DNA of 64,000 bases, taken from the NCBI GenBank assembly GCA_001600815.1, contig BCKZ01000007.1:558001-622000 (forward strand), given 5' to 3'. The notes under the pieces were generated by a model. The model saw only the letters and a list, made by a program, of their open reading frames with translations. It had not been told where the DNA came from and searched no databases. Positions within the stretch are counted from its first letter, which is position 1. Each line of letters starts with the position of its first letter. Below, one piece after another: positions 24,234-36,449 of this stretch. The translations under genes and the position numbers were made by a program. The DNA comes from Alloascoidea hylecoeti. Lineage: Eukaryota.

Positions 24234-24316
24234 TGACAACCCTGGGATTCGAACCCAGGCCTCCGAAGAGATCAGGACCTTAACCTGACGCCTTAGACCA
24301 ACTCGGCCAGATTGCC
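24234..24316 (-). tRNA. tRNA-Leu(AAG), intronless, long variable arm
   Basis: GGCAATCTGGCCGAGTTGGTCTAAGGCGTCAGGTTAAGGTCCTGATCTCTTCGGAGGCCTGGGTTCGAATCCCAGGGTTGTCA folds as a cloverleaf; A and B boxes; downstream T-run terminator. Confidence 0.97.
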
Positions 24317-24445
24317 CTTTTTGATTCGAACGGTAAATTTTAAATTTTAACTTTACAGGCCTGTCGGGGGGAAATCCTATGGTAGTGTAGAATACACAAA
24401 AATAAGAATAGAAAAAGAGTTTTTTATTTCACTATATATAGTAGA

Positions 24446-25070
24446 GATTTTCTCAGAATTTACATAGTTTCTAGTTATATAATTTAACTGGAAATTATAT
24501 GAAAAGTTTAAAAAAAAATAAAGAGATATAATAATACAAGAATACAAGAAGAGAAACTGAAAGAGAAGTAAAAAAGAAGAAGGGGTTTTATACTCTTGGA
24601 GTGATTTCCTCAATTTAATAGTTTCTAGTTAGAAGGTTTAAATTATTAAGCTATTTTAATTGGAAATTATATGTAAAGTTGGGACGAACTCTTGCATTAG
24701 TACGAATAACAATTAAGCTACTACCTATAGCTAATACCTATTCAGTCGGTTTGCAAACATAGATAAAGAGAAAAATAAGTGCAATAAAATCAGAAGAGAG
24801 TGTTAAAGAGAAATTAAGAAGATCTAGAAGAAGAGACATAAATCCACTTTAACTCATTCTCATATCTATTTCCTTGATTAATGAATATTTTTGGTAATTA
24901 TCTTTGTGTTAAGACTCATATGAAACATCATATATGTTCATAATATCCATTGTATGGGTAATACTAGTACTTGCTCTCTCTATTTGAAATTTCATTTTCT
25001 TAGTCTGATCCGGATAGTTTCTCATTAACTTTATAACATGTAATTAATATTAATTGGAAATTTATGAAAG
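24446..25070. repeat. Three degenerate copies of a ~60-80 bp unit upstream of the tRNA
   Basis: ATAGTTTCT...GGAAATT(A)TATG.AAAG at ~24446-24509, 24603-24680 and 25014-25070. Confidence 0.5.
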
Positions 25071-25301
25071 GATATTTATCTATGTAACTAACTACCAATT
25101 GTCAATTATTACTCCTCGAGTTCGTATATACCTATAATACAAATATTTTGTTTCTTGTGATTCTTCGATTCGGCAGTAATTAATATAGTAATAGTAGCTG
25201 GTTGATTAATCCATTTGTCTCCGCCTTTAAAACTTTCCGGTGAAAATATAATATATTACTTCTTCTAACTCTTAATATACCATGTTATATATATGATTTT
25301 T

Positions 25302-28300
25302 TTAAACCAAGTGATCCGTTGTAAACACCCAAGTACCAGTAGCTGGCTCATAGCTCTCAAACTTTGCATCTGGCATATTATGCAACCTTTTCAAATGACT
25401 TTTATATCTAGGATGATTTATATTTGTAATAGGCTCACGAGAATCTCTCATTAAAGGATAACACTTTTCTAATGTAATTCGAGATTTGACATTAAGTTCC
25501 TTACCAGGAAGTGGCTTCGCTGAATCATCATTATAAGCAATACAAGAAGCCTTTGTAAAAGCAACTATTGTACCTGCGATATCTTCAATCGATGGAATAG
25601 TTGTTAAGTCAACCGGAACAAGGAATTCAACCATGCCATAACCTTTACGACCAACTTTGAAATTATGAACATTTTCAAGCTCTTTAAGAGGTAATGATTC
25701 GAGCTTTTGGGCGGTTGGAGACATCCAGTATCCATCTGTATCAGTAAAGTCTTCGTCCTTTAGTATAGTACGTTTATTTAAATGTTCAGGAGTATCTTCA
25801 CCATGTCGTCTTTCATTTAACAGCTTGGGCATTGTAATCCCATTAGATGTTGTTCCAGGATTTCGTGGAGTAGATGTAATAGTTGGTGATTTGACTCCAT
25901 TACTGTTACCATTAGCCAACTCAACCAATTTTTTATTTAAAGAGTTACGTTGTTCTGAACTGATACCAACCAATGTTTCTGTTTCATTTTTAGGAGTTGT
26001 CCTATCTGGAGTACCCAACAAATTACTAGCTCTATCCGGCGATTTCTGACGGTCTATTACTAGCTTCTTGATGTCTTTCCTTGGAGTAAATATTTCGGAT
26101 GAAAGAATAGCATCATCAGTTTTGGAATTAAATAATGTTGCACTTATATCTGTAATTGATCTAGAGGAAGCAATACCATTACTGATACTGATATTGCTCT
26201 TACTTTGGGTTAAACGAGGTGAGAATAACGGTTTAGGAGAAAGTTTATACGCAGATATAAGATTGGATTTTTTCTTTTTTTGTTCTGGTAAAATAGGTGT
26301 TGCAATTGGACCAAGAGATTGTGATGCTGCAGGCCCATTTACAGTTGAAAATAATGGATTGCTTCCATATGGGTTTTGATCAATTGATGATACCATCTGT
26401 TGTTGTTGAAGTTGAACATTCCCTCCATTTACACCTCCTGAATTGAACAATGAATTGCCAAAAGAGGTGTTAGACCCATTATTGTTATTCCCAAATAATC
26501 CTCCACTAGATGTGGGATTCGAATTTTGGCCAAATCCACCTGTCAACGTTGGTTTACTAGCATTATTACCAAATAATGAAGTAGTATTGGTGGGTTGAGT
26601 GGTATTATTATTGTTATTACCGAATAATCCCCCATTACTTGTAGCAGGTTTTGCGCCAAATAATCCTTCAGTAGATGTTGTGGGTTTAGCAGCACCAAAC
26701 AGGCCACTTGTTTGTGCATTATTGTTGCTACCAAATAACCCTCCACTACTCCCATTAGTTCCATTAGTCCCATTATTGTTATTGTTATTACTATTATTAC
26801 CAAACATGCCACCACCGGTTGTGTTATTATTATTGGCGTTTCCAAATAACGATGATCCAGTACTGTTATTATTTGTAGCTGACGAGGTTCCAAATAAACC
26901 ACCACCTGTTGTACCCGCAGTTGTATTATTATTGTTACCAAAACCAAAACTCGGTTTTGCCTGAGCATTGGAGCCAAAACCAGTACTAGTGGTAGCTGTA
27001 TTATTATTCTGTCCAAACCCAATAGAGCCCGTGGTGGAATTATTATTATTGCTGCCAAACCCACCAAAAGAGCTTGGTTTCTGTTGGTTATTATTATTTG
27101 CTCCTAAACCAAACCCTGTTCCTGAATTCGATGCATTATTAGTACCAAATAGGTTACTAGATGTGTTGTTCGTTGTGTTGGAGCCGAATAAACCACCACC
27201 GCCTGTTGTGGTAGAGGCAGGTTTTCCAAACATGGATCCTGCGTTATTGTTATTATTATTTGCAGTAGAATTTCCAAATAAACCACCACTATTATTTTGA
27301 CCGAACGAGTTAGTGGTTGCTGTTGTTGAGGATCCAAATAATGAGGGTTTATTTTGTTGTATGTTATTGTTTGATCCAAATCCACCAAAACTATTTGTTG
27401 TCCCTGAATTAGTGCTAAACGAATTACTTGTTGTACCAGTGGTTGGGTTTCCAAATAAACCACCACCAGAATTATTGTTATTATTTGAGCCTAGAAAACC
27501 ACCTGTTGTAGGTTTTGAGCCAAATAATCCTCCTGTATTATTTCCAAAAGCAGAAGTTCCTGTAGCATTATTATTATTAGTAGTAGTACTGGTATTGGTA
27601 CCAAAAGTATTACCTCCAAAAGCACCTCCCGATGCGTTTGTGTTTGTACCAAAGAGTGAACTAGATTGACCAAATCCATTTGATGAAGCATTATTATTAC
27701 CAAATCTCTTGTTTTGTTGGTAATCTTGAACTCTTAATTCATCAGGCGAAAATTTCTTAAATTCATTCATGGCAGAAATATTTTGAAAAGCTAACATGGA
27801 CACAGATGTGGGATCTCTTTCGGTAAGTGGTTTATAAGTAACAGATGAGGAACCCTGAACGGACAAACTATTACCATTAGTATTACCACTACTACCGAAC
27901 CCAAATCCTGTAGTCGTGGAGTTATTATTATTATTAGAAGCACCAAAAGCAGAAGTCCCATTATTTGTGGAGCTTCCAAATGCACCAAAAGTTGAAGTAC
28001 CAGAACCTCCTGTGTTTTGACTCGAGCCAAAAGCAGAACTCCCGGTATTAGTAGATCCAAAAGCACCACCCGTGGCCCCAAAACCTGGTTTGGTGGAAGA
28101 GTTAACCGATGAGCCGAATAAACCACCTCCAGTTGAATTATTATTGTTAGCTCCAAATCCACCAAAAGAAGAAGTAGCAGGTTTATTGGCATTATTGTTG
28201 TTACCAAATAACCCAGAACCGGAACTTGCCTGGCCAAAAGAAGAGTTGTTATTGGTGGATGCACCAAACAGGGAACCTGAAGTTGTTGATGGTTTAGTGG

Positions 28301-28349
28301 ATCCAAAACCCCCAAAGCCTGTTCCGCTGTTGCTTGAACCCCCAAACAT
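25302..28349 (-). CDS. NUP116: GLFG nucleoporin of Nup98 family, Nup116-like (GLEBS motif, no Nup96 fusion)
   Basis: GLFG/FG repeats, FQNISAMNEFKKFSPDELRVQDY (GLEBS), NPYGSNPLF, C-terminal APD-like domain ending GTWVFTTDHLV*. Confidence 0.85.
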   Translation of the reverse strand: MFGGSSNSGTGFGGFGSTKPSTTSGSLFGASTNNNSSFGQASSGSGLFGNNNNANKPATSSFGGFGANNNNSTGGGLFGSSVNSSTKPGFGATGGAFGSTNTGSSAFGSSQNTGGSGTSTFGAFGSSTNNGTSAFGASNNNNNSTTTGFGFGSSGNTNGNSLSVQGSSSVTYKPLTERDPTSVSMLAFQNISAMNEFKKFSPDELRVQDYQQNKRFGNNNASSNGFGQSSSLFGTNTNASGGAFGGNTFGTNTSTTTNNNNATGTSAFGNNTGGLFGSKPTTGGFLGSNNNNNSGGGLFGNPTTGTTSNSFSTNSGTTNSFGGFGSNNNIQQNKPSLFGSSTTATTNSFGQNNSGGLFGNSTANNNNNNAGSMFGKPASTTTGGGGLFGSNTTNNTSSNLFGTNNASNSGTGFGLGANNNNQQKPSSFGGFGSNNNNSTTGSIGFGQNNNTATTSTGFGSNAQAKPSFGFGNNNNTTAGTTGGGLFGTSSATNNNSTGSSLFGNANNNNTTGGGMFGNNSNNNNNNGTNGTNGSSGGLFGSNNNAQTSGLFGAAKPTTSTEGLFGAKPATSNGGLFGNNNNNTTQPTNTTSLFGNNASKPTLTGGFGQNSNPTSSGGLFGNNNNGSNTSFGNSLFNSGGVNGGNVQLQQQQMVSSIDQNPYGSNPLFSTVNGPAASQSLGPIATPILPEQKKKKSNLISAYKLSPKPLFSPRLTQSKSNISISNGIASSRSITDISATLFNSKTDDAILSSEIFTPRKDIKKLVIDRQKSPDRASNLLGTPDRTTPKNETETLVGISSEQRNSLNKKLVELANGNSNGVKSPTITSTPRNPGTTSNGITMPKLLNERRHGEDTPEHLNKRTILKDEDFTDTDGYWMSPTAQKLESLPLKELENVHNFKVGRKGYGMVEFLVPVDLTTIPSIEDIAGTIVAFTKASCIAYNDDSAKPLPGKELNVKSRITLEKCYPLMRDSREPITNINHPRYKSHLKRLHNMPDAKFESYEPATGTWVFTTDHLV

Positions 28350-28434
28350 TTTTTATCACTTTGTATCTGAAAAAATAAAAATTGGAAATTTTTGGAGGTT
28401 TACTTAAACCCGAAAACCCAAGATTCAGAAATTG

Positions 28435-28480
28435 TTACCCGGATCTGGAATTGACCAAATTATGAATGGCCGCGACGCGT
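28435..28480. promoter_or_regulatory. Reb1-type site and MCB element in the NUP116/RAD27 divergent promoter
   Basis: TTACCCGG at 28435; CGCGACGCGT (ACGCGT at 28475-28480) 45 bp before the RAD27 ATG. Confidence 0.65.
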
Positions 28481-28524
28481 TATTATTATCATACATCTTT
28501 TATACTCGTATTATTCTAGTCAAA

Positions 28525-29998
28525 ATGGGAATTAAAGGTATGGCTTATACGATTGATTTAAGAGAATTAAACTTGTGCCTTTGAAATAACACCATCTTAC
28601 TCCGATTGATAGGGCTGAATCAAATCATTGCAGATAACGCGTCTGCTGCTATAAGACAGAGTGAAATTAAAAGTTTGTTTGGAAGAAAAGTTGCAATTGT
28701 AAGTAATCTAAAATTTTGTCATTTAGTTTAACATTATCATTCTAACTGTTGATTTTAGGATGCGTATGTGTTTGACAAAGACTAAGGGAAAACTTATATG
28801 AATTTTGTTATTTACTAATAGAATCTTACTATAATAGTTCAATGTCATTATATCAATTCTTAATTGCTGTTCGTCAGCAAGATGGCCAACAATTAACAAA
28901 CGAGGCAGGAGAAACTACAAGGTAAATATTAATATATATATCAATTATATGGCAAATTCTAATTGTTTTCCTAGTCATCTAATGGGGATGTTTTACAGAA
29001 CACTACGAATTATTGATAATGGTATAAAACCGGTTTATGTTTTTGATGGCCACCCACCAGTTATGAAAAACGGAGAACTTGCAAAACGTTTAGCACGTCG
29101 TGAAGAAGCACAAAAGCAAGCAGAAGCGTTGAAAGAAACAGGAACTGCTGAAGAAGTTTCCCGTTTTGAAAAAAGAACTGTTCGTGTTACAAGAGAACAA
29201 AACGAAGAAGCTAAAAAATTACTTAAATTAATGGGCATTCCATATGTTAATGCTCCTTGTGAGGCTGAGGCTCAATGTGCAGTTTTAGCAAAAGCTGGAA
29301 AAGTATATGCCGCTGCTTCTGAGGATATGGATACTTTATGCTTTGGAACACCATATCTATTAAGGCATTTGACGTTTTCAGAGGCTAGAAAAATGCCCAT
29401 TTCTGAAATCAGTTATGAAAAAACCTTACAGGGACTAGATCTATCAAGGGATGAATTCATTGATTTATGTATGCTATTAGGTTGTGACTATTTAGAACCT
29501 ATCAAAGGTGTTGGGCCTGCTACAGCTTTAAAGTTAATTAAGGAATTTAAATCTTTAGATAAGATCGTGGAGCATATTCAAAGTAATCCTAAAGGGAAGC
29601 TAAAGGTCCCTGAAAATTGGCCTTATGAACAAGCAAGAGAATTATTTGATCATCCAGAGACGGCGGATGCAGATAGTATTGAGCTGAAATGGAATGAACC
29701 AGATGTAGATGGATTAATTGACTATCTAGTTAAGGATAAAGGGTTTGCAGAAGATCGTGTAAGAGCTGGTGCAGCTAGACTATCAAAACAATTGAAAAAG
29801 AAGCCACAAGGTATGTTTTTGTGTTATACTTTTCTAATATACCAATGAATTACTAACACTTCTAAAGGTCGGTTGGATGGATTCTTCAAAGTTGTACCCA
29901 AAACTAAAGAAGAGCAGGCCATAGCAAACAAAAAAAGGAAGGCAAAAGAGAGCAAAGACAAAGCCACTAAATCTAAGGTTGTGAAAAAGAGAAGATAA
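28525..29998 (+). CDS. RAD27: Flap endonuclease 1; exons 28525-28537, 28613-28698, 28759-28763, 28838-28921, 28975-29810, 29868-29998
   Basis: Splicing gives MGIKGL...[21 protein letters not shown]...[31 protein letters not shown] and PIP box QGRLDGFF. Confidence 0.97.
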
Positions 29999-30175
29999 AT
30001 AGACTTGTGATATAATAACATTTATTTTGATGTCGTTTTATATATTCTATTCTAAGCTGTGGTTATGATTTAAGAAAAATATTTATGCAGCACATTAAAT
30101 TTAAGCTTGTAAAATAATTGGAAAGATTTATTTTCTTTTGTGTATGACCAATACTCTATAATTGAATATCATAAC

Positions 30176-30790
30176 ATGGAAGACGATAGCAGCAATTTTG
30201 ACAGTGTATTATTCCTAATATTTGGCAATTTTAAAGGAAAATGGAAACTTTCAAGAACGATAACGTCTTCCAACCCCAACCTCCCTTCTGGAACCTTTTC
30301 GGGGGTTGTATCATTTGAGGATATAACGAAATCTGCAAATCCCAACAATGAATATACTGATTTACTTTATGATGAAAAGGGGACTTTCACGTCAAATTCG
30401 GGGTTCCAGTTTAATGGTTATAAACAATATATTTATCGATATAATCATAGATCCAATCAAATGTCTGTCTGGTTTGTGAAGATTGATTCAGAAAAGGAAC
30501 CCGACTACATTTTTCATAATATTGTAGCTTTCCAAGATACGGATATAGGCGGAGAAGACCACCGATTGCAAGGGAGAAGTATGGCTCCGGAGGATAATAG
30601 ACTTAAATTTCCCGGAATCCAAGCTGAAGGGGAAATGCACTTGTGTGGAAACGACGAATATAATACGCATTATTGGTTTGAACTACAAAAAAACGACAAT
30701 ATTGATGTTCTACAAAAATTCACCATCTCGTACTCAGTTTCTGGTCCACGCAAAGATTATCAAACAATTGCAGTTTATGAAAGAATCTAG
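30176..30790 (+). CDS. DUF6314-like beta-barrel protein
   Basis: GKWKLSRTITS..PSGTFSG, LLYDEKGTF, YIYRY..MSVWF..DYIFH, HLCGNDEY, YSVSGPRKDYQTIAVYER. Confidence 0.7.
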   Translation: MEDDSSNFDSVLFLIFGNFKGKWKLSRTITSSNPNLPSGTFSGVVSFEDITKSANPNNEYTDLLYDEKGTFTSNSGFQFNGYKQYIYRYNHRSNQMSVWFVKIDSEKEPDYIFHNIVAFQDTDIGGEDHRLQGRSMAPEDNRLKFPGIQAEGEMHLCGNDEYNTHYWFELQKNDNIDVLQKFTISYSVSGPRKDYQTIAVYERI

Positions 30791-30907
30791 CCTTGATGTT
30801 ACAGATGCTATTGGACCTTTTAAAGCTTTAAGATGGAGAATACACCCACACACACACACGTTTATTGCTGAAACCTTCGAGAATACCGTATATATATCAA
30901 CTAAATC

Positions 30908-33503
30908 ATGAAAGTAACACCTCCTGGTGCCTATCAGCCAGGGACCCCGTTGACCGTAGGCTCCCATTCCGTGGTAATCCAGAAATACATTTCTGAAGGT
31001 ATGTTTCCTACCAAAATGTTTGGGTTTCATCACATATTAACATATACTCAAAAGGTGGTTTTGCCCATGTCTATACCGTTCAAATGAATCCCCCAGAGAA
31101 TGGTAGCACAATCGGATGTCTCAAAAGAGTCGCTGTGCCTGATAAGCCAACACTTAACCTACTCAGAGCTGAGGTCGACTCAATGGTATGTTAATTTTCT
31201 TGTGGCAAATAATATACAATATCTAATATTTGATTAAAATATAGAAACGGTTAAAGGACTCCAAATATATAGTGCACTATTTTGACTCCCATGCTTCAAG
31301 AGCACCATCGGGTGTGGGTTATGAAGTATTTATGCTGATGGAATATTGCTCTAATCATGGTCTTATTGATTTTATGAACACCCGACTTGTAAACAAATTA
31401 ACTGAACCTGAAATTTTAGAAATAACTGCTAATATTTCATTGGCTCTTTGTGAAATGCATTATTTAGAACCACCTCTTTTACACCGGGATTTGAAAATTG
31501 AAAACGTTTTAATAGACTCTAAAGGAACCTACAAATTATGCGACTTTGGGTCTGCATCGCCTGTCCTTAGACCACCCAGAAATGCCCAAGAATTTGGCTT
31601 GTTACAAGATGATATTATGAGACATACAACTCCCCAGTATAGAGCTCCTGAGATGATTGATCTATATAGAGGGTTTCCAATCGATGAAAAGTCGGATATC
31701 TGGGCTTTAGGTGTTTTTATTTATAAGTTGTGTTATTATACAACTCCTTTCGAAGATCGGGGTGAAATGGCAATTCTACAGGGTTCTTACATATTCCCTC
31801 AAACACGGAATGACATATCCAGCAGATTAAAGTCGTTGATATCTCACTGTCTCTTGGTGGACCCAAGAAGTCGGCCAAATACGTATCAGATAGTTGCAGA
31901 AATCTTCTCAATGAGAGGTGTGTCAGTACCTATTTTAGACAAATATTCTCAACTACGGCAAACACAACGTCCAATGGAAGCCCCTCTGAAGCCAATATCC
32001 ATTCCTTCATTGGCTCCAGCTTTGGTACCCTCATCTACCGATGTTTCAAATTCACAAGCTTCTCGTAGGGCATCCAAGTCACAAACTGATTTATCTTCAT
32101 CAAAGGACCCTTTCCTAGAGCTAAAGAAATCTGCAACTTCAAGTATGAAGAAAATAGAATCTTCTTCTACCTATAATAATTCGCTTTCAAGTCCACAATT
32201 GCAAGCTATTCCAAAACCAAAACCTGATGCATTAAAGAGTAAACCGATAAGTATAACAGGTGGGAGAATCAATATTTATAACAATGAATCCGGTTTAGCT
32301 GGACCTATTACTGGTAATTCCAATTCTTCTGTTGGATCTGTTGGCGATAAATTTGAAGAGATTAAAGTACAGGATAAACCATCGAATTACTCAAAATCAA
32401 GAGGTGAAACTGCACCGCCACAAGAACAAGAACCGATACCTCAAAGACGTCAAACACAAACATCTCGATCTAGAAGACCAGTTAGCATGTATGCATCACT
32501 CTCATCTCAACAATTTTCTCCTCAGGATAAGCCAAAGTTACAAGGGGGTCGTGGTAATGATGTCCGTGATTTCCAAAAAGTTATCACAAGTGTCTCCGGA
32601 AGTCAGAACATTGTAGAATTATCTCCAGGTCAAGAAAGTAATATCGATTCTAACATGGAATTTTTAAGACAATTGGATAGACAATCTAGTGGTGGTAATC
32701 TCACATGGAGACATAGGAGGGTAGGAAGTAGACCAACCTCCATATATGGTAACATTCATAATGGAGGGCTAAAATATGATGAAGATAGCAGTGATTCTGG
32801 ATCTGGAGATGAAAATGTAGTAAGGGAACACACCGGTCTTAGAGGTGCTTGGAATAGTTACAAGAAAAATTCATCGTCAATAAGTTTGAAAAGAACAATG
32901 TCGGGAAAAACTCGACATAAAGAAAAATTGGTATCCGGAGGCCCATTTGATGATTTTTCTAAAGCCCCCAAAGAAAATCAATCCATCAATATTTTAGATT
33001 CGACTGAATCTTCCAATGAACTGTCCTTCAAATCTCATTCTATCCAAAGTAGAATACAGTCTCTTCTTAATCGCGATGAAGTTTTACCTTCAGCAAAAAC
33101 AGCTTCTGGGTATGGTAAATACACAGATGATAATAAGTTACAAGAGGAAAATGAAACAAAATCACCTCAGAAGCCAAATTCAGAAGTAACAACTGTTTCA
33201 AAGAAAGATTTCAAATCTGATACCATATCTCCTGACTCACAAAAATCAAACTCTCATCATCGTACATTTTCAGCATCTATATTTTCAAGAAAAAAATCGT
33301 CAGCAAAATCTGACATTAAATCAGCTGCAAAGTCAAAACCAAAAGTTAAACTTCCCCCACCAGTTCCTAGTAAACCAAAGTTTCTTAAATCACCTGAAAA
33401 TTCCCCCCAAATGAAAAGAGATAGTATCGGTTCAAACATGGATGTGGACCAATTTGAAAAACAATATCCAGACCTTGTTACTATTGAAGCAAACTTCAAA
33501 TAA
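30908..33503 (+). CDS. ARK1: Ark1/Prk1-family (NAK) Ser/Thr kinase; exons 30908-30998, 31055-31185, 31245-33503
   Basis: Spliced [56 protein letters not shown]-terminal PPPVPSKP. Confidence 0.9.
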
Positions 33504-33817
33504 AAAACATTAATCTAATTATTTCTTTTATTTAATTTTTATAAAATACTTTCGTAATTACTGTATGAATTTGGTGCTATAATTATAAATCAAATTATGA
33601 ACAATAAGAACCTTCGTAAAGAGAACAATATTTTATCGTAAAATTACAGGTCTATATAATATAGACCTTTGCAAAGCATTGCAAATTAGCATATTCACAA
33701 CTTCTGTTCTAAAAGATATAATATACATCATTCTAAATCTATTCATTATAAACATTGAGTCTTATTTCTTTTTCCTCTCAAGTTATCAAAAACTCGCTTT
33801 CAACTTCCATAAATATT

Positions 33818-36157
33818 TTATTCTAATTTTTCACTATCATCCTCATCGACCAATGAATCTTCAATGAATTCAATAGCCTCTTCATAGCGTTCTTCTACAA
33901 TTCCATCAATTCCATCTCTGTCACTTCGTATCACACGTCCAAATTTTCTTCGGGGCTTCTTAGCATTACCGTTGGCAGTTGCGCTAGATGAATGAGTTGT
34001 GCCGTTAGAATGAACCTCAACACCCCAACATGGATGGTTAACCGGTGTGAAAACTAAAGAGTTATGATAATACCAATCAATAATGTATTCATCAATCAAA
34101 GGCACGATGGCTTTTAATGGACCTTTCCTGACAAATGATATACTGGCTCTTACAATGTCTCGGGTTTCACGGTGTCCCAATAAATGAACAATACCAACAT
34201 AAGCATCACCAATTCCAATAAAAATTACTTTTTTAACAGCAAAATATTGAATATAATTATCCCAAACATATAAAAGAAGTTCCTGTGCTGCAACACCGGC
34301 ATTATAAGAATAACATTCATCACCTGTTATTGTTGATGGAATAGAAATATCGATATATCCGAATCCTTTGGACCTAGACCAATCTATAAGTTTAACCGTA
34401 GGATCAACAATAAGTGATTCAAATGGTTTTATTGCACCCGTTAATGGATCTGTGTGTGCCCAAACTTCATTTGGATCATGAATAGTAATTACAATGGTTT
34501 GTGCATTATAAATCCCCGGGGAAGCTAATATTTGATCTTCAAATGAGGATGATTTTCGTTCCAATAGCACTGGAAGATTTGTGAATTGATATTTGTTATA
34601 TAATAAAGAAGATTGATGAGACCGTATAACATCATCCAATTGATAATTCTTTTCAACCTCTGCATTAACATTAACAGATTCAAATCCAGGTTTCATACAT
34701 TTCCAGAAAGAAGATTGTTGTTTTTGAACTTCATAGATAACCTCCACAACATCAGATCGTGGGAGTTTTGTTTTCAATTCACCAGGTGCTTCTCCTAATA
34801 GGACTTGAGTCATGGCTAGTGCAGATATCGCAGTCGCTTCAATGTTGTAACCACCTTCTAAAATCGCACAAACGGCACCTTTTGCTAAACTTTTCATCAT
34901 ATGTGTCATATGACCATAAGCAGCAGGAGATAGATGACAACCACCGACTAAATCCTTATCAGCAGCATCAAACCCGGCTGAAATAATGATGAAATCAGGA
35001 TCAAATTCATAACATATGGGCATAACAACCTTTTCAAAAGCATAAATATAGTCACCATCTTGTAATGCACCATTACTCCATGGAATATTAATATTAAAAC
35101 CTCTTCCTTTACCCTCGCCAACTTGATCCAAATCACCAGCTTTTGTTCCTGGATAAAATTTACCTAAATCATATCTATGCAAAGAGATATATAGAACTCT
35201 TGGGTCATCCCAAAACACCTTTTGAGTTCCATTTCCATGATGAACATCCCAATCTAAAATTAATATTTTTCTAACAGATTCAGGATATTCATTTAATATA
35301 ACTTGAGCGGCAACCGAAACATTTGCAAACAGACAAAATCCGCCCGGAACATCAGGTTCAGCATGATGACCCGGAGGTCTTACGATAGCAAAAGCATTTT
35401 TAACCTTACCTTCAACAACGGCTTTACAAGCATCAATAGACCCACCACATGCCAGCTTAGCTCCGAATGCAGATTCTCGGTTGAAATAAATAGAATCACC
35501 TTTTTCAGTGGTGTCTTTTAATTGTTCGGATGTCATTGAACGTGTGGACTCAATAAAGTTAAGATGCTCTTCTGTGTGAACCGTTAATATTTCATCTTTT
35601 GTAGCTTCTCTTGCTGGGATTTTCAAAAAATAATCACCAATATCATCGACACCGCTTAAGGTAGGATCAGTTATAAGCCCATTTTCCGCCAATAGTTTGT
35701 AGATTCGATAGATACGTCTGGGGTCTTCGGGATGGGGGTCTATGTATTCATAATAAGAAGCAAACATCTTAGCATGATATCTCATTCGAACATCATACAA
35801 CAATCCGGTTTTTAATGGTGTGTAGGTTAACTTGGGAGACTGAATTGGAACTATGATGGGAGCATTTGTTGGATCAGATGCTACTGTTGAATCGTGGATA
35901 TCGGCAGATGGTGACCTTTTTCTTTTCGTATCATCTAGTAACGTTTCTAAACTCGGAACATTACCTTCTATGACACCTTCCATTTCTGTAATCAGCGATG
36001 CGTTTCCATTACCATTAGTTGTTGGATCTCCTGAGGATATGAGTTCAGAAACATTGAGAGTATCTAAGTCTGGTTTTATGGTTGATTGGTGACCTACTAG
36101 CTCTGTAGTTTGAACTATATTTTCAGCATCTTCCTGAACATTTGCAGAATTCTCCAT
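33818..36157 (-). CDS. HDA1: Class II histone deacetylase with Arb2-like C-terminal domain
   Basis: HPEDPRRIYRIY, RPPGHHAEP, GGFCLF, DWDVHHGNGTQ, SAGFDAA, LEGGY, KKPRRKFGRV. Confidence 0.97.
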   Translation of the reverse strand: MENSANVQEDAENIVQTTELVGHQSTIKPDLDTLNVSELISSGDPTTNGNGNASLITEMEGVIEGNVPSLETLLDDTKRKRSPSADIHDSTVASDPTNAPIIVPIQSPKLTYTPLKTGLLYDVRMRYHAKMFASYYEYIDPHPEDPRRIYRIYKLLAENGLITDPTLSGVDDIGDYFLKIPAREATKDEILTVHTEEHLNFIESTRSMTSEQLKDTTEKGDSIYFNRESAFGAKLACGGSIDACKAVVEGKVKNAFAIVRPPGHHAEPDVPGGFCLFANVSVAAQVILNEYPESVRKILILDWDVHHGNGTQKVFWDDPRVLYISLHRYDLGKFYPGTKAGDLDQVGEGKGRGFNINIPWSNGALQDGDYIYAFEKVVMPICYEFDPDFIIISAGFDAADKDLVGGCHLSPAAYGHMTHMMKSLAKGAVCAILEGGYNIEATAISALAMTQVLLGEAPGELKTKLPRSDVVEVIYEVQKQQSSFWKCMKPGFESVNVNAEVEKNYQLDDVIRSHQSSLLYNKYQFTNLPVLLERKSSSFEDQILASPGIYNAQTIVITIHDPNEVWAHTDPLTGAIKPFESLIVDPTVKLIDWSRSKGFGYIDISIPSTITGDECYSYNAGVAAQELLLYVWDNYIQYFAVKKVIFIGIGDAYVGIVHLLGHRETRDIVRASISFVRKGPLKAIVPLIDEYIIDWYYHNSLVFTPVNHPCWGVEVHSNGTTHSSSATANGNAKKPRRKFGRVIRSDRDGIDGIVEERYEEAIEFIEDSLVDEDDSEKLE

Positions 36158-36449
36158 TTTGTATAATATTTATATTTTCTTCCTCGTCAAACTACTCAAA
36201 ATCGCCTGTGGTGTATGTTCATATATGTAATAATTTACCTCACTATTTTCAGATGATTCCGAAATCTTTCAAAAACAGACTTTAATTAATTACTGTGGGT
36301 TTACTGAAATCGGATGCATTAGCCCACCCAACTATTATACATCCGGGTAAATTTTATTTCACTGGGTAAAACAAAAATAATAAAAAATGAAAAGTAAAAA
36401 ATATTTCTATCAATAATTTATAAAGCTTTAGGCTCAATTATTTAGAAAA

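Noticed and set aside
25825..28407. Many Leu/Pro/Val-rich ORFs overlapping the nucleoporin
   Set aside because: Alternative-frame and antisense artefacts of GLFG/Asn repeats
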